A stretch of 64,000 nt of DNA from Paraspadella gotoi (GCA_051294375.1 CM119269.1:21437665-21501664), one strand, 5' to 3'; counted from the first letter of the stretch, positions 13,701-29,000 are shown. Program-made: numbers and translations. The notes: a model not told the origin generated them from the sequence alone.

Positions 13701-16700
13701 GAATTATTGATGAAATAGTAATTGATTGATATAATAGTAATTGATTGATGATATATTAATTATTGATACTATGATAACAAAATATTTATGCGATGATAAC
13801 CAAATGATTGATGCCATGATAACCGAATGATTGATGCGATGATTGTCATTCATTGATGTGATGATAATCATTCATCATAAATAAAACAAACAAATACGTG
13901 TATGAGTGAGAGAGAGAGAGAGAGAGATAGAGAGATAGAAAGAGACAGTGAAAAAAAGAAAAAAAGAGAAGTCCACCCGCTGCAGAGCTGAACTCGTTTT
14001 TAAAAATTTAGATATAGCTTCTCATGAAAAAGTTTTTTAAAATCACATGTTTTATATTTATTCAAGTATTTTTTGTATGATTTTTTTCTTCAATATTCAT
14101 ATTTATAGAAGGTAATTTGCATATTGCAGTAAATCATAATAAGAAAGAAATTCAAACATAAAATACTTAATTCCATATAAAACAACAATTGCAAAGATCT
14201 TAAAGATGAGAAGCCACATCTAAATTTTTATAAAAATCTATTATAATTAGTAGTAGTTTTTAATCAAAAAAAAATTAAATCCAAACAAAAAATACTTAAT
14301 TCCATATGAAACAACAATTGCAAAGATCTTAAAGATGAGAAGCCATATCTAAATTTTTATAAAAATCTATTGTAATTAGTAGTAGTTTTTATTCAAAAAA
14401 AAATTTAAATCCAAACAAAAAATACTTGATTCCATATAAAAAAACAATTGCAAAGATCTTAAAGATGAGAAGCCATATCTAAATTTTTATAAAAATCTGT
14501 CGTAATTAGTAGTAGTTTTTATTCAAAAAAAAATTTAAATCNNNNNNNNNNNNNNNNNNNNNNNNNCAAAAATTTAATCCCTAGTGTAAATCTACTATTT
14601 AAGAAAAAAAAGAATGGACACCGACGCAGACGACAACGATTATAAGCCACCAGCAGTATTTTACGAATGTTAAAAAAACTTAGAGAGGTGAAACAAGCAA
14701 TTTTGATACTAAATTGTTTAATCCAAAGCTTTCCCGGCAAACTCCCCCTTAAAGGCGCCGACTATTGGCCGGAAGGCACTGGCTGCGCCGGATGAAACCG
14801 GCGCTGACGACGACGCCGCTACGAAAGACGCCGTCTCAGAATCAGCGCCGGTGTACGGACACCAAAGAGAAGGCCGAATGACGATTCGGTCGCCGTTAGT
14901 TGTATAGGTCTTTTATTTATTGTTTGTTTGTATTCTTTTGTTGATTATTGCTAATTTATATTTATTATTTACTGTTATTCATTACATCCTTGGCTGCAAT
15001 CACCTTTCACCACCAAAAAGCTGCTCAAGCTTTTGCCATCGCGTCCATTTGGAAAGCTATTTTCTTCTAAATTATTGCTGCTTTCAGAGATTGAGTTTTG
15101 GACAAGACGCGAAAGACATCCTGCTTTTTATAATTATATAATTTTATAAAGAATGGTGTGGAAAAGTGCAAAAGTGCAAAAGTGTAAAAAGTATAATTAA
15201 TATCACTACCCGGTTAATTTTCCGGTTGAGAAGAGAGCACGCTGAATGAAAAACTCGTTCGAATTTTCGTGTCCTTAGTTTTGGCCTATAGAATTCGCTC
15301 ACGATGAAACTACCTTATTGTTAAACGTACTCATTTTTCATACTCAAAAAAGTGCTTGTCGTTTTCTGTCGTGTCTCTCTCTAATAATAAACCTTTTTAC
15401 CTTAAAAAGTCTCTCTTTTATTTCGCCACACGGTCTCTTATATCGATCGAAAGAAAATTAGCCTAGGTACCAAAAAATATTTGGTTTTCTTTTATTTTTA
15501 ACCGTTCTTGCGCAGTAGGTAAATACTTAAAGTTAGTCCAAAATATTATTTTCAATTTTTTGTTTCAACCAGAACCAGGTGATGATACCGAGGAAGTGTT
15601 TGGAAATGAAGAGAAGACGACCGGAGCCAAGTCAAGGACAATCCGTTGCAATCTACTGAAGAATCCGCCGAACTTTAAAAGGTTAAATCATAAGGCAAAA
15701 AATATTATTTTTACTAGTAGGAGTTGAGTAGGTGAAGATTGGAGTATATTGGATCCTAAAATCAGTTTATGTGTCGTAGAAAAAACTATTATCTCAAATA
15801 TTTATTTTTAATGCTCAGTGATCCTCAGCCTAAATTGTAAGAAATCTCAATTTAATGTACCTTAATACTTCTCTCGCATTCCTGTAATAAAAAAAATTAA
15901 AAAAATAATTTTAAAAAAAAATCGAAAACTCTTTTAAAAATCCTATCTAAAATGTCTTATAAAAAGTTATGCAATTTTTTTTTCTCTCAAGCCTCGATTT
16001 TCAACGAGCGAAAAATAACAACAACTCAATTTTTACTCCGAAATTTATAATTTAAAACTGAATCTGAAATTTATAAGTTAAAACTGATATTCTTTACAGT
16101 AAGCCTCAATTACGGCCATGCTCACTCCTTCTTCGCTCGAGAGTACGGGTACCGGTCGTGCTTTGAATCCCGTAGTTACCTTAGTTTCGTCACAGCTGAG
16201 CTTGGTTGATTGGTTCCTTTTTACTCACATGAGCTTCCACCGGGGTTCCAAGCAGCACCGTCACAATCACTGAAACAGTGTTTATGACGTCTTGAATAGA
16301 GCCGCCGCCACTCGTCATCTCTCAATTCCCACTCATCACATCTCTCTCTTCTCTACGTCTGCAAAGATCTTAAAGATGAGAAGCCATATCTAAATTTTTT
16401 TAAAAATCTATAGTAATTAGTAGTAGTTTTTATTCAAAAAAAAAAATTTAAATCCCCAGTTAAAACTATATTTAAGAAAAAAGAATGACACCGACGCAGA
16501 CGACAACGACGATGACGACGACATCACAAAGAAGCTAAAGCGATCCAAAATTAAGCCCGTCTGGCGAGCTAATTAATAGAGTATTTATCAATTAAACCTC
16601 AACTATTGAACGGTTTGTCGATTATAAGCCACCAGAGTATTTTACAATGTAAAAAAACTTAAGAGAGTGAAACAAGCAATTTTGATACTAAATTGTTTAA

Positions 16701-19700
16701 TCCAAAGCTTTCCCGGCAAACTCCCCCTTAAAGGCGCCGACTATTGGCCGGAAGGCAGCCTGGCTGCGCCGGATGAAACCGGCGCTGACGACGACGCCGC
16801 TACGAAAGACGCCGTCTCAGAATCAGCGCCGGGTGACACCAAAGAGAAGGCGAATGACGATTCGGTCGCCGGTTAGTTGTATAGGTCTTTTATTTATTGT
16901 TTGTTTGTATTCTTTTGTTGATTATTGCTAATTTATATTTATTATTTACTGTATTCATTACATCCTTGGCTGCAATCACCTTTCACCACCAAAAGCTGCA
17001 CAAGCTTTTGCCATCGCGTCCATTGGAAAAGCTATTTTCTCTACTATTATTGCTGCTTTCAGAGAATTGAGTTTTGGACAAGACGCGAAAGACATCCTGC
17101 TTTTTATAATTATATAATTTTATAAAGAATGGTGTGGAAAAAGTGCAAAAGTGCAAAAGTGTAAAAAGTATAATTAATATCACTACCCGGTTAATTTTCC
17201 GGTTGAAGAGAGAGAACGTGAATGAAAAACTCGTTCGAATTTTCGTGTCCTTAGTTTGGCCTTATAATTCGCTCACGGTGAAAGTACCTTATTGTAAACG
17301 TACTCAATTTTCATACTCAAAAAAGTGGCTTGTCGTGTCTGTGTCTCTCTCTAATAATAAACCTTTTTACCTTAATAAGTCTCTCTTTTATTTCGCCACA
17401 CGGTCTCTTATATCGATCGAAAGAAAATTAGCCTAGGTACCAAAAATTATTTGGTTTTCTTTTTATTTTTAACCGTTCTTGCGCAGTAGGTAAATACTTA
17501 AAGTTAGTCCAAAAATTATTTTCAATTTTTTGTTTCAACCAGAACCAGGTGATGATACCGAGGAAGTGTTGGAAAATGAAGAGAAGACGACCGGAGCCAA
17601 GTCAAGACAATCCGTTGCATCTACTGAAGAATCCGGAACTTTAAAGGTTAAATCATAAGGCAAAAAATATTATTTTTACTAGTAGGAGTTTGGAGTATAT
17701 TTGGATCCTAAAATCAGTTTATGTGATCGTAGAAAAACTATTATCTCAAATATTTATTTTTAATGCTAGTGATCCCTCAGCCTAAAATTGTAGAAACCTC
17801 AATTTAATGTACCTTAATACTTCTCTCGCATTCCTGTAAAAAAAAATAAAAAAATTAATTGTTAAAAAAAATCGAAAACTTTTAAAAATCTATCTAAAAT
17901 GTCTATAAAAAGTTATGCAATTTTTTTTCTTCTCTAAGCCTCGATTTTCAAGAGAAAAATATTTTTAACATTAAGCTCAATTTTTACTCCGAAATTTATA
18001 ATTTAAAACTGAATCTGAAATTTATAAGTTAAACCTGATTCTTTACAGTAAGCTCAATTACGGCCATGCTCACTCTTCCCGCAGGGTAGGTACCGGGTTG
18101 TGTTTGAACCCAGTACCTAGNNNNNNNNNNNNNNNNNNNNNNNNNAGTGATCTAGTAGCATGAGGCCTATGCTTCACTCAATGAGGCCACCGGGTTAGCA
18201 CTGAAAAGTGTTTAATTGCCTTATAAGCGGGTGAACATAGGGCAATGCCGCAGACTAGCATAATTAACCGATGTTATCATCATTCCTGAACAGTGGATGT
18301 ATTAGGCGACAGTGACGAGCTTCGAACCTTCGTGCCAGACTCAGTCATTAAAAAAGGAAGCCGCGGCCGCCGACGCCGCCGCCCCCGCCGCCCTGCTCCG
18401 CCGCAGGCAAAACCTTCCATCACAGAGAAAGAGTCAAATAAAGAGAAAAAGCATAAAAGATCCTCGGAGTCATCGTCAAAATTTGTCACAATCTGGAGAG
18501 GCTATTGCTCCTCCTCCCGATCCTGTTAGGCGGTTTGGAATTTGCTGCACCCGGCCTCATGTAATAGCCCTTTGAGAATGTCTGGTCTTTGCATTTGACA
18601 ATTTGCCACTGGCCTCTGTCAAGTAGCCTTGAGAAGGTCTTTGCTCTTTGGCCTTTGTAATTAAGTCATCGGCCATAGTCTTTGGCGTTGGGACACCAAG
18701 TGTAAGGATTTTTGACTTATGGCCCACCGATTTGGCCTTCTAGTGATGTCAGTCCTTGGACTCGGGCTGTTCAATGTCAATGCAGATTACTTACGAAAAA
18801 AATTATTGCTTTGTCGTCTGTTCTGTCTTTAGCCCGTTTTAACGGAACTGGTGTAGCGCTGCAATGGATGAGTCAGCTGTGACATACCCTCCCACCCCGC
18901 CGCCCCCCCGTCCCCCCTCAAGTTTCATCCGGGCGAAGCAAATTGGCCAGCCGTCGCGCGCCACCCCGCTCCGACGCCGTCACGCCGGCACAAGCCCCCG
19001 CGGAAGTCGCAAGGGATTAAAGGAAGGTTATCGCAAAGTGGACCCCTCGCAGCGCGTTCATCTAAACCGATTTCAGACCACCTCCTTGGATCAAGTGCAA
19101 AGAGAGAAGATCTTGAGGGACATTTTCTGCACGCTGCTTCTAATCTGGTTAGAAAGGGCGGGTTGACGTCAACAAGTTTGACCAAATTCATTGCGTCGGG
19201 AATGGGAACGTCTAATGGATCTTAACATTGGGCTAAATTATATAAGAATAAATAGTAGTCTTGTTAATGAACAAAATTATAATTAAATTAATTCTTTCTT
19301 TTTAAATTAAAATTTTTTGCTAGCACTGTTAGAAATAATGGAATATAATAATAATAATAGATAAATTAAAAAATAATATCTGCATAAAAAATCTGATGGA
19401 CGACATTTCTACTAAAATCAAATTTGAAAAAAAAAAAAAAAAAAAAATAAAATAAAAAAAATAAATAAAATAAAGAATAATAAATAAAAACAGTATTAAT
19501 AAGGGGACTTTTTGGCATAGAGTAAAGTTTAATTATCATTTGAATAATTAAACGACGATAATAACAATACAACAACGTTAAATATTTTGCGATCGATACC
19601 GATCGAAAGCAGGTAAATTTACCAGTGCAACTTGATCCGTTTTGTTTATGGATAAAAAATACGTTTAACAATTAGTTCGATACATATAAACAATAGCGGG

Positions 19701-22700
19701 CCAAAATTGAAACTTTTTATAACTTCCTAAATTTCTGCCTCGAAAAAATTTCTTTTCCTTCCATTACTAAATCGATTTTCAATGCACTTTCTGAAATTAT
19801 AATTCAATTGGGTGTTGGCACTGAAGCTTTTAAATATTTTAAAAGTATAACAAAGTGACAAAAAAATTTTTGAAAAAAATTGATTTTTAAGAACGGATTC
19901 TTATAAGTGAAAAGTTAAATGAAAGTAGCTACTACACGATTTTTTTATAAATTTGACAAGAAATTGTTAAAAACAGAAAAAAAAAAAACGTAAAATTCAT
20001 CATCATCATCATCGATTGGCTGAATTTATAGTTTAAAATTTTATCAATAAACAAAAAAAATTAAAATTTGTATTATGAACTATCAACTTAAAGCCTATCA
20101 GTATCTATCAAAAAAATTAAAATTAAAAAAAATTTTAACTTTATATAGTGAATAAAATAATCTTTAAATGGCTATGTGCGCTTATTAATGAAAAATTTTT
20201 TAAAATAATTTTATTCATATTCTCGTAACAGTTCACTTTAACCATTAATTAATTTGAGAAACTTCTAGTTTCAGAGTACTGTTCGGTCCTAATAAAGATG
20301 TAAAATACATGTACGAAAAGACAATAGATGTTTACAAAACTGTAGATGATTGCGTCATTGTACATGAAATTCTCGGCAAAATACACACTAAAAAAAGCGG
20401 TTTCAATTTCAAGGCTGTGAAATCTTTAATAGTTGGTTTCGTTAAGCTCTCGATTCGTCGTTTCGCCGCTCTGCAATGCTCGTTGAGCGAATATTTGGTC
20501 CCGTGTCGCTGATGCCGACAGCGTCTCAACTCCCCCCCCAACGACGTTCGGTAGTAGAGGAGGATTGATCGGAAAGGTAAAGGTGGCGACGGACCTGCCC
20601 GTCGCCTCGTGCTATTAAGACGAGTCGGATCCCGGCTCGGCACGTAGCCGCTGCGTGGGTTCTTCGTCATGGCGGGCTGAGTGCGTCGCCGTCTGCGCTG
20701 GAGAGACGGCGAGTGGGTGGCCGGCCACGCTCGGATCCGGGGATGGTCGGAGCGGCGCTCTCGCTTCGAACAAAGCGTCTTGAAGGCGTACCGAGACTCA
20801 TCGAGGCGCCGCAAGTCGATGCGGAAAGAATTGGGCACCGCGGGAGACGACCGTCCGAACGGGCCTCGTAACCTGGCTAGAGGGCCACGTTGAGGCGTGC
20901 GCGCGACCAACACAAAACGCAACTTGAAGCGCTCCTAAGTCTTTGGGATGATTGCGTGGCGTGGCCGTCGAACCTGTCGACAGGCGTCGCATTTCGCGTC
21001 CGCAGGGCTGGCAGCAAGCGCATCGGATCGGCGCAGTGTGCTCCGGATAATTCTGGCGGGACGTCCAGATCTCTCCGCTAGAAGCCAACTCTGACAGGAT
21101 CTTTAAGGTCGGCCTGTGGGACGCAGCGAGCCCAGAAGACTCAAGGGAGCTTGTCACCCAATCGGGTGCCAACAGCTTGGCGCGCAGCGACGCTGAGGTC
21201 CCAGGTTGAAAACTCCTTCTCCACCATTCCGTGGCTGAGGGAAAATTCGTATGATGCACTTGCGCGAGAGACGCTCCTAGTTGGCGCGACAGCGTCTCAG
21301 TAAACGAAACTGAGCTCGCCGATCCGACGTTAATGGTGAATGGGACGCCCGAAACCCGACCACATTCCGATGGAGAAGGGCTGCACAAACAGTCTTGCCT
21401 GATATCCAGACAAGGCAACGCTCGCCAGCGGGTGAACGTCCACCACGTGAGAATAAGAGGGTCGCCGCGAGAGACGGGCTAGCGCCGACAAGAATCCACG
21501 TCGAAACATGTTGAATCTTCTTGCCGGTCGGGCGAAACCTCGAGTCGTCGCGATGTGACACGACTCTATGACCTTTGACATTGGGCGCAGCAGTGCCAAC
21601 GTGACTTCTTTGTACGCCAGCCAGACAAAGTCATTAGAGACGAGTGATTTCGACGCTTGATTCCCGTATGAGAGATAGTTGTGGAGTGCGTAAAAAACGT
21701 CGGCGCCAATTGGCGAGTACCACCTAGGACGGGCGACGTCTGTCGCAGACAACGTCGCCAATGGACTGCTAAGCTGCGTCGAGAGAAAGCTCGTTTCAGG
21801 ACTAAACGCTGTCCTCTTCAGCGCGAAGATAGGCGCGTACATCGGATCTGTCTCTGGTCGTTGCCATGGCGGCGAAATCGAGTCGGCACAGAGCCGACCA
21901 CCACCGCGACATCTCGAGAAGCCGCCGCCGCCGCCGCCGCCGCCACCGCCGCCGCCTCCGCCGCAGGACAAAAAACCTTCCATCACAGAGAAAGAGTCAA
22001 AGAAAGAAAAAACGCAATCAAAGATCTCGAGAGTCATCGTCAACAATTTCGTCACAATCTGGAGAGGCTGTTGTCTCTGGTCCGATCCTGGTTAGTCGGC
22101 TTTGGAATTTGGCCACCGGCCTCTGGTCAATAGCCTTTGAGAATGGTCTTGGCTCTTTGGCCTTTGGAATTTGGCCACTGGCCTCTGGTCAATAGCCTTT
22201 GAGAATGGCCTTTGGAATTAAGTCATGGCCAATAGTCTTTGGCGTTGGACCACCAAGTGTTAAGGATTTTTGACTATGGCCACCGGTATTTGGCCTCTAG
22301 TATAATGTCATGGTCCTTGGACTCTGGCCGTTCATAATGTCAAATTAGTTACAAAAAAGTTATTGCTTTGTCTGTCTGTCTGTCTTTAGCCGTTTTATCG
22401 GAACCGGTGTTAGGCGCTGCAATGGATGAGTCAGCTGTGACAACCCTCGCTCCCCGCGCCGCCCCCCNNNNNNNNNNNNNNNNNNNNNNNNNNNNNNNNN
22501 NNNNNNNNNNNNNNNNNNNNNNNNNNNNNNNNNNNNNNNNNNNNNNNNNNNNNNNNNNNNNNNNNNNNNNNNNNNNNNNNNNNNNNNNNNNNNNNNNNNN
22601 NNNNNNNNNNNNNNNNNNNNNNNNNNNNNNNNNNNNNNNNNNNNNNNNNNNNNNNNNNNNNNNNNNNNNNNNNNNNNNNNNNNNNNNNNNNNNNNNNNNN

Positions 22701-23023
22701 NNNNNNNNNNNNNNNNNNNNNNNNNAAGTATCACACCGATTGTCAGACTCACCCGTCCTTGGATCAAGTGCCGCATCTTACGACCGAGAGAGATCATTTG
22801 GGAGGACATTTTCTTCACGCTTTCTCTATAGGTTAGAAAGGGCGAGGTGGCGTCAACATTTGACCAAATTCATTGCGTCTGGGAATGGGAACGTCTAATG
22901 GATCTTAATAAGTGGGCTAAAATTATATCAAAATAATAGTAGTTACTTGTTAATAACAAAATTATAATTAATATTAATTTTTTTTTTAAATTAAAAATTT
23001 TTTGCTAGCATCTGTTAGAAATA

Positions 23024-23054
<31 letters not shown>

Positions 23055-26000
23055 AATAATCGCATAAGAAATCTGGATTGACGACAAATTTTGATACTAA
23101 AATCAAATTTTGAAAAAAAAAATAAAAAAAAAAAATAAATAAGATAATAAATATAAAACAGTAAAATAACTTATTTTTGAGTTTAAATTTTTAGCAAGTG
23201 CTAAGTCTGGAAAGACATAATTGAAGGTACTTTTGTTTTACTTTTAGCCCGCATAAGCGAGCAGTTTGATCGAATGCGACCTCTCTAAACACTGTCAACA
23301 TTCCCAGACAAAAGACAAAGTGAAATAAATATATATTTAAAAAAAATATTATTCTGATTGATATTTAGAATATCTAGAAAAAAAAATCCACGAAAATCTC
23401 GGATGTAAATTTGGGAATAAATGGCGATAATAAAAGTTTTTAGAGGGAAAAAAATAATCAGAGAGAGAGAGAGAGTGAGAAATCGTTTTCAGCAGCAGAG
23501 GCACCCAGAAAAAAAAATCAAAAGGCAGCAGCAGAAGCAGCAGGAGAAAAGAGAGAAAAAGAATAAGCCCCTGCAGAGCCTATGATTATGATTATGAATC
23601 AGTGACTAGGGAAAAGAGAGAGGGAGAGAGACATGTAATTAAAAGAGAAAAAAGAGAGAGAAAGAAATATGAAAATAAAAGAGAGAAAATTTGTTTGTTT
23701 TGATTAAACGTAAACAAAACATATTTAATAACTGTCCAGACTCAATTTTAAGCACATCGATGATGAGAAGCTATATATAAATTTTCAGCTTCGTACACCC
23801 AAATTTAATCATAAAAAAGGCGATCTATAATTTGAAACGCCGACTTATGCGCAAAAGCGTTACAATAAAAAAATAACAAAAACTTAATAATAACTTTTTT
23901 TTCAATTTAAAACCCAAAGAAATTTAGAAAAAAATGCGAAAATAATCGTCTGAATAAATAACAATGATAATCTTTAAACTTCTTTATGTTAGATATAGTT
24001 ACATATCAGTAGACACTCAGTATCAGTAAATAGCTATTTAAATCGATTCCTACTCGTACTGATATAAAAAAATGCTTAGGATTTTTAAATTGAAAGTTTT
24101 CTCAGAATTGTATTAAATTTGATTTAGGAATTTTGAAATCTGAATTATACTTAACCGATTGACTCACCCACTCAGGACGCGACTCTGCCATCTGGCGAGT
24201 CTCCTACGCCAATCTCAAAGGATGGAAAGACTTGAGAGAAAAATACGCGCGAGAGCGAGAGGTCAAGAAAGCTGAGAGAGAAGAACAAGCCAGAAGAGAT
24301 AAGGAGGCGGAAGAGGAAGAGGAAAGAAAGAGACGGACGAGGAGACAGCAAGGTTGGGAGGAGGGGAGGGAGAGGAGAGAAGCGAGGAAGAGGAAAGAAG
24401 AGGAGAGAAGAAAGTCGAGAGGATCGAGCGTCTTCCCCTATGAGGGGGGCCCCCTCCGACCCTCCAGACCCTCGAGATACTCTCGTCCGACGGGCGGGAT
24501 GTCCGGAACGAGTTTGACCGCGCGGAGTGGACAATATCTTACATTGAAGACGAGCAGGTTTGGGGGTGGAGGGGGCCGTGGATAATAATCTTGATTGGAT
24601 GTGTAACTATGTATATTGTATATTGTATAGCACATTATATAACATTATTAAAACAGAAATGGTGCTCAAAATGGGAGAAAAAATTCAACAATACCTTCAA
24701 TCTTTTTAGTCAGATCTGCTTATCAGCAGATTCCGACTTTATAATTCCCTTTGTCGGTCCGTCCCCTCAATTTTGTCGGGCATTTACTTAAATCAAGTCA
24801 GAACATCAATTTATGATAAATTATGCAAAAAAATTATGTCCGTTCATTTGTCCCTCTGTCCGTCCGTCCCTCCGTCCGTCATTTTTCAACTTCAATAATT
24901 TTTTCAACTCGCATAAATTTTTCAACATGCATACTTTTTTCAACTTGCATACTTTTTTAACTCGCATCATTTTTCAAATTTGCATCATTTTTAAACTCAC
25001 ATCATTTTTTTAACTGGCATAATTTTTTCAACTTCAATACTTTTTTCAACTCGCATCCTTTTTTCAACTCGCATAATTTTTTCAACTTGCATAATTTTTT
25101 CAATTTGCATACTTTTTTCAACTTGCATACTTTTTTCAACTATCATAATTTTTTCAACTCGCATCCTTTTTTGAACTCATATCATTTTTACTAATTTGTT
25201 TCTTTTTTCCAATTCGATTTGCATTTTTTCAACTTGCATCATTCTTTCAACTTTCATCATTCTTTTAATTTTCATCATTCTTTCAACATGCAACATTTTT
25301 TCAATATGCATAATTTTTTTCACTTGCATCATTTTTTTAAAATTGCATCATTTTTCAACTTAATTAATTAATTAACTTCTAATTAAATAATTAATTAATT
25401 AATTAAAACATTCATGAGTAAGCATAAATAATAAAAATTAAAGTCAACTTGACTTTGGTTTTTTCCATGCAAACTCATTCCCACTCCTCGATTCCATCAA
25501 AACTTTATATCGTGCTCAATCACACACTTTCCTACCCACACACAAAATTTAATCTCAATCTATCAATTTAATTCTATTAATTATGGGTTAAAATTATTAA
25601 AAATATTCAAATAAAAGTGACTTATGTTTTTTCCATTTAAACTCATTTACACTCGCACGATTCCATCTAAATTTATATTCAGCTTCATTACACACTTTCC
25701 TACTCACACATAAAATTTAATCTCAATCTATCCATCCAAAAAGATTTTAGTTAATGTGACTTATGTTTTTTTCCATTTAAACTCATTTCCACTCGCACAT
25801 TCCATCGAAACTGACCACACACAAAATTTTATTCCAATCCATCCATCCAATCACGAGTAATTGGAGTTTTTTGCTAAAGGGGACGAACAGACACACACAC
25901 AGACAGACAGACGGACGGACATCTTTTTTTTTTTTGCTAATTTATCATAATATGATGTTCTGATGTGATAAAAATGATTTACCGACAAGATTTAGGGGTG

Positions 26001-29000
26001 GGACCGACGGACCGACAAAGCGAATTATAGAGTCGGGATCGCAGATCGGACTAAAAATTTATAACGCCAATTGAAAGAAAAATCATTGACGTTTTTAAAA
26101 AGTTGAAAACAACGCTTATAAATGCTTTAAAACATCAAAATGCTATCAAAGCCAAAAACTCGACATCGCTTGAAAAAATTCTTCTTCATGAAGCAAAAAA
26201 CCTTGTCCAAAAGCAGCTCTAATTTTTTACCATTACAAAAGTCGAATGCTCATAACAACTTTGGTTTCTGCTTACAAACCTTTCTAGTTCTAAATCACTA
26301 AAAGAAAAAATAACACAAGCGAAGGCGGTGTCAGAATTTGAGGCAGAAAGGATTAAATACAAAATGGTCAGGTATTTATTAGTGTTACCCAAATTTTTAA
26401 TTACACCAGATGAAGGGTCACGACTCATTTTATTAGGTTCTTTTTTGTCTTTAGAAGAAGTTGGGACTGATAAACCTGAAAAAACTTGATCGGAAAGGAA
26501 CTCTCGGGAGTTTCCAAGTGATCGAGTACTTTTGCGGTTTTTCTTTGATCGTAATCTTATGTGTGAAATTAATTTAAAGGATTTCTTTAATAAAATAATG
26601 ATTAAATCAATAATTGATTTAATTTTGAAATAGCAAGTACAAACTATTAAAAAAAAAGAGAAAACGTTTTGCTGATTTCTTCCAACATAATCCATAAATG
26701 AGTTAGACGATGGGTACACCTGAAAGTGATATGTCTCTAGAGGACGGAAATTTTTTCTTTAGGTTTTATTATAAAATTTAGGTATTGTACCAATAGGTAA
26801 ATTGAGATACTCCCCCTTTGCCGAAATTTTTATTTAACAAAGATTTGTACTGCGTAGTAGAACTTTCCATATATGAATAGTTTTGAAATCAAAAAACGAT
26901 TATTGTGTAAAATAATAATTTTTTGAACATTTTTTTTCCAAAATAAAAATTACAGTAAATGCTGCCAACTTAAAAAAAAATGAAAAAAATGGTAAAAAAT
27001 GGACTTTTTGCTAAATATCTTTAAAAGCTTTATTGCTAGAGGGACGAAACTCAAACTATCTTGTAGAGCGGAAAAAATTGACTATGTTACATACCTAGCA
27101 TTATAAATTAAGTTAGTTTTTTACTAAGGAAATTTTTTTAAAAAACCTATTGTTTTGGGCAATTTTTGATAAATTTTTTAAAAAATGATATTTTTAACAA
27201 TGTTCGTGAAATATTTTTTTAAAAAATTACGGCGAATTGAATAAAGAGATAATTGCCTTTGTTTTGCTGAAAAAAATTAAAAAAAAGGATTATCGGTTAA
27301 AAAGTTATATTTTTTTTTAATTTAAAAAAAAATCACTTTCCTTAATAATTATTTTTATTTAATAGGTTTGAACTAGGTTAAATGGAAAAAGGGAATGCAC
27401 TTTTCTTAGAGTAAATAAAAAAATAGTAAATTCTGATTTGACAATGGGTAACTTTAATATTTTGTCTCACCATGTCATTTTATTAAGGAATTCCCCTATT
27501 TCACAAGACATAAAAGGTCATGATTATCATGTCAGTATGTCCAGATTATACCCTTTCTGCAACCTGCATTCTGAATTTTCTTTTTTTCCCTTTCAAATGT
27601 ATTAAATAAAAAAAATATTTGAGAAAACGATCGGCATGGAGGACGCCATTGGTAAGCCTTAGTTACCCCACTTCCCGCTCGAATTTTTAAACGAGGCTTT
27701 TTTCCCATCTATTCGAGACATAACACTAACTATTGGTACTATTATTTTTTTATTTTTTTTATGAAATTTTGCGTAATCAGAGAAACGTTTAGCGTGTCAA
27801 AAAAATATGGAAAAAAAAAGAGAAAAACGTTCTGACAAATTAAAAAAATTATGGAGGAATCTAATCAAATACTTTATCAAATGCGATAAAACGAATAGGA
27901 CAAGCTCTTCAGATGTAACGCTATCGGAATCCTACATTTTTACAACTGTTTTCTACCCCAATGTCTCTATTAGAAGAATGTTGAATTTCTTTTTAAATCA
28001 AGATTCTCGTCTAATCTTCCATACAAATGATTATCCGCGTTCCTATCTTTCCAAACAGGATCTCATATCCGATCGATTACCCCTCCTCATCTGTATCTCC
28101 CTCCGGAACTGTTTTGCGTCGAAAGTCATCGTCCAAATTGAGAATCAATTCAAAGCCTTCGTGGGCGACGGAGAGCGAGACATTGGGCCGAGGAAGAGAC
28201 CAGAGGCCGAAGGTGAAGATAAAGGGCGCTATTTTTCGAAAGCGCTCCATTTCCGTTTCTACTTTCTGATCACAATTTAAACTATATTTTTTTAATGATT
28301 AATCAACACCTTTACTCTTATCCTTAAATCTAATCTAATCTCTGAAGCTTATCCTGAATTTCAATCCCTATTCCATAACTTTAATCCCTAACCTTAACTA
28401 CTTCACTAATTATTAACGAAAACTTTAACCAAATCTTTGATCTAAAATAAAACGCAAATCTTTATCCCAAACCCCATAACTTAATTTTTAAATATTAAAA
28501 GAAACTAAATTCTAAATTTAATCTAAAATTGGTCGCTTTTGGGAAAAGTGGACCAAGACAGGCGGGAACGAGCCAGACCGCGTCCCGAACAGAATATCCA
28601 CAGTGAGCTGGAAAAAGGATTTGGAGAGTCATCGATCATTCATGACGGAGGATGACGAATCCACTGGGTTGAGTCCGGAAACGCCGAGGACTTTGTGAGT
28701 TGGATAAGATGAAAAAAGTTCTAAGAATAGCTCTATGGTGGACTAAAATCCACCAACCGTTCATCAGCGACCATTGGTTCAGGAGTCAAGTCATTCGCCT
28801 CCCTCCCAGTTGGTCGCCCCGCAGTTAAGAGGGACGGGGCGCTTAACACGGTGTTACAGCCTGATCCGAAGCTCAGGGACTACTTAATACTTATATTCGA
28901 CGGTTCTGTCCCTAACGCATAACAATTATTACTGTCTCTTCATTGGTGAGCCCAACTTCCGAACACAACAGCAACAACAACACTTTCAGGCAACATGCCT

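Noticed and set aside
20798-22055. Ionotropic receptor or pore-forming-toxin identity for the GC island
   Set aside because: Only short superficial similarities (LFVQPFS..W; a Ser/Thr-alternating stretch); diagnostic motifs are absent and the frames are unreliable.
26060-27500. Transposase remnant or ORF 26219..26719
   Set aside because: AT-rich, with stops in the plus frame and no recognisable catalytic motif or termini.
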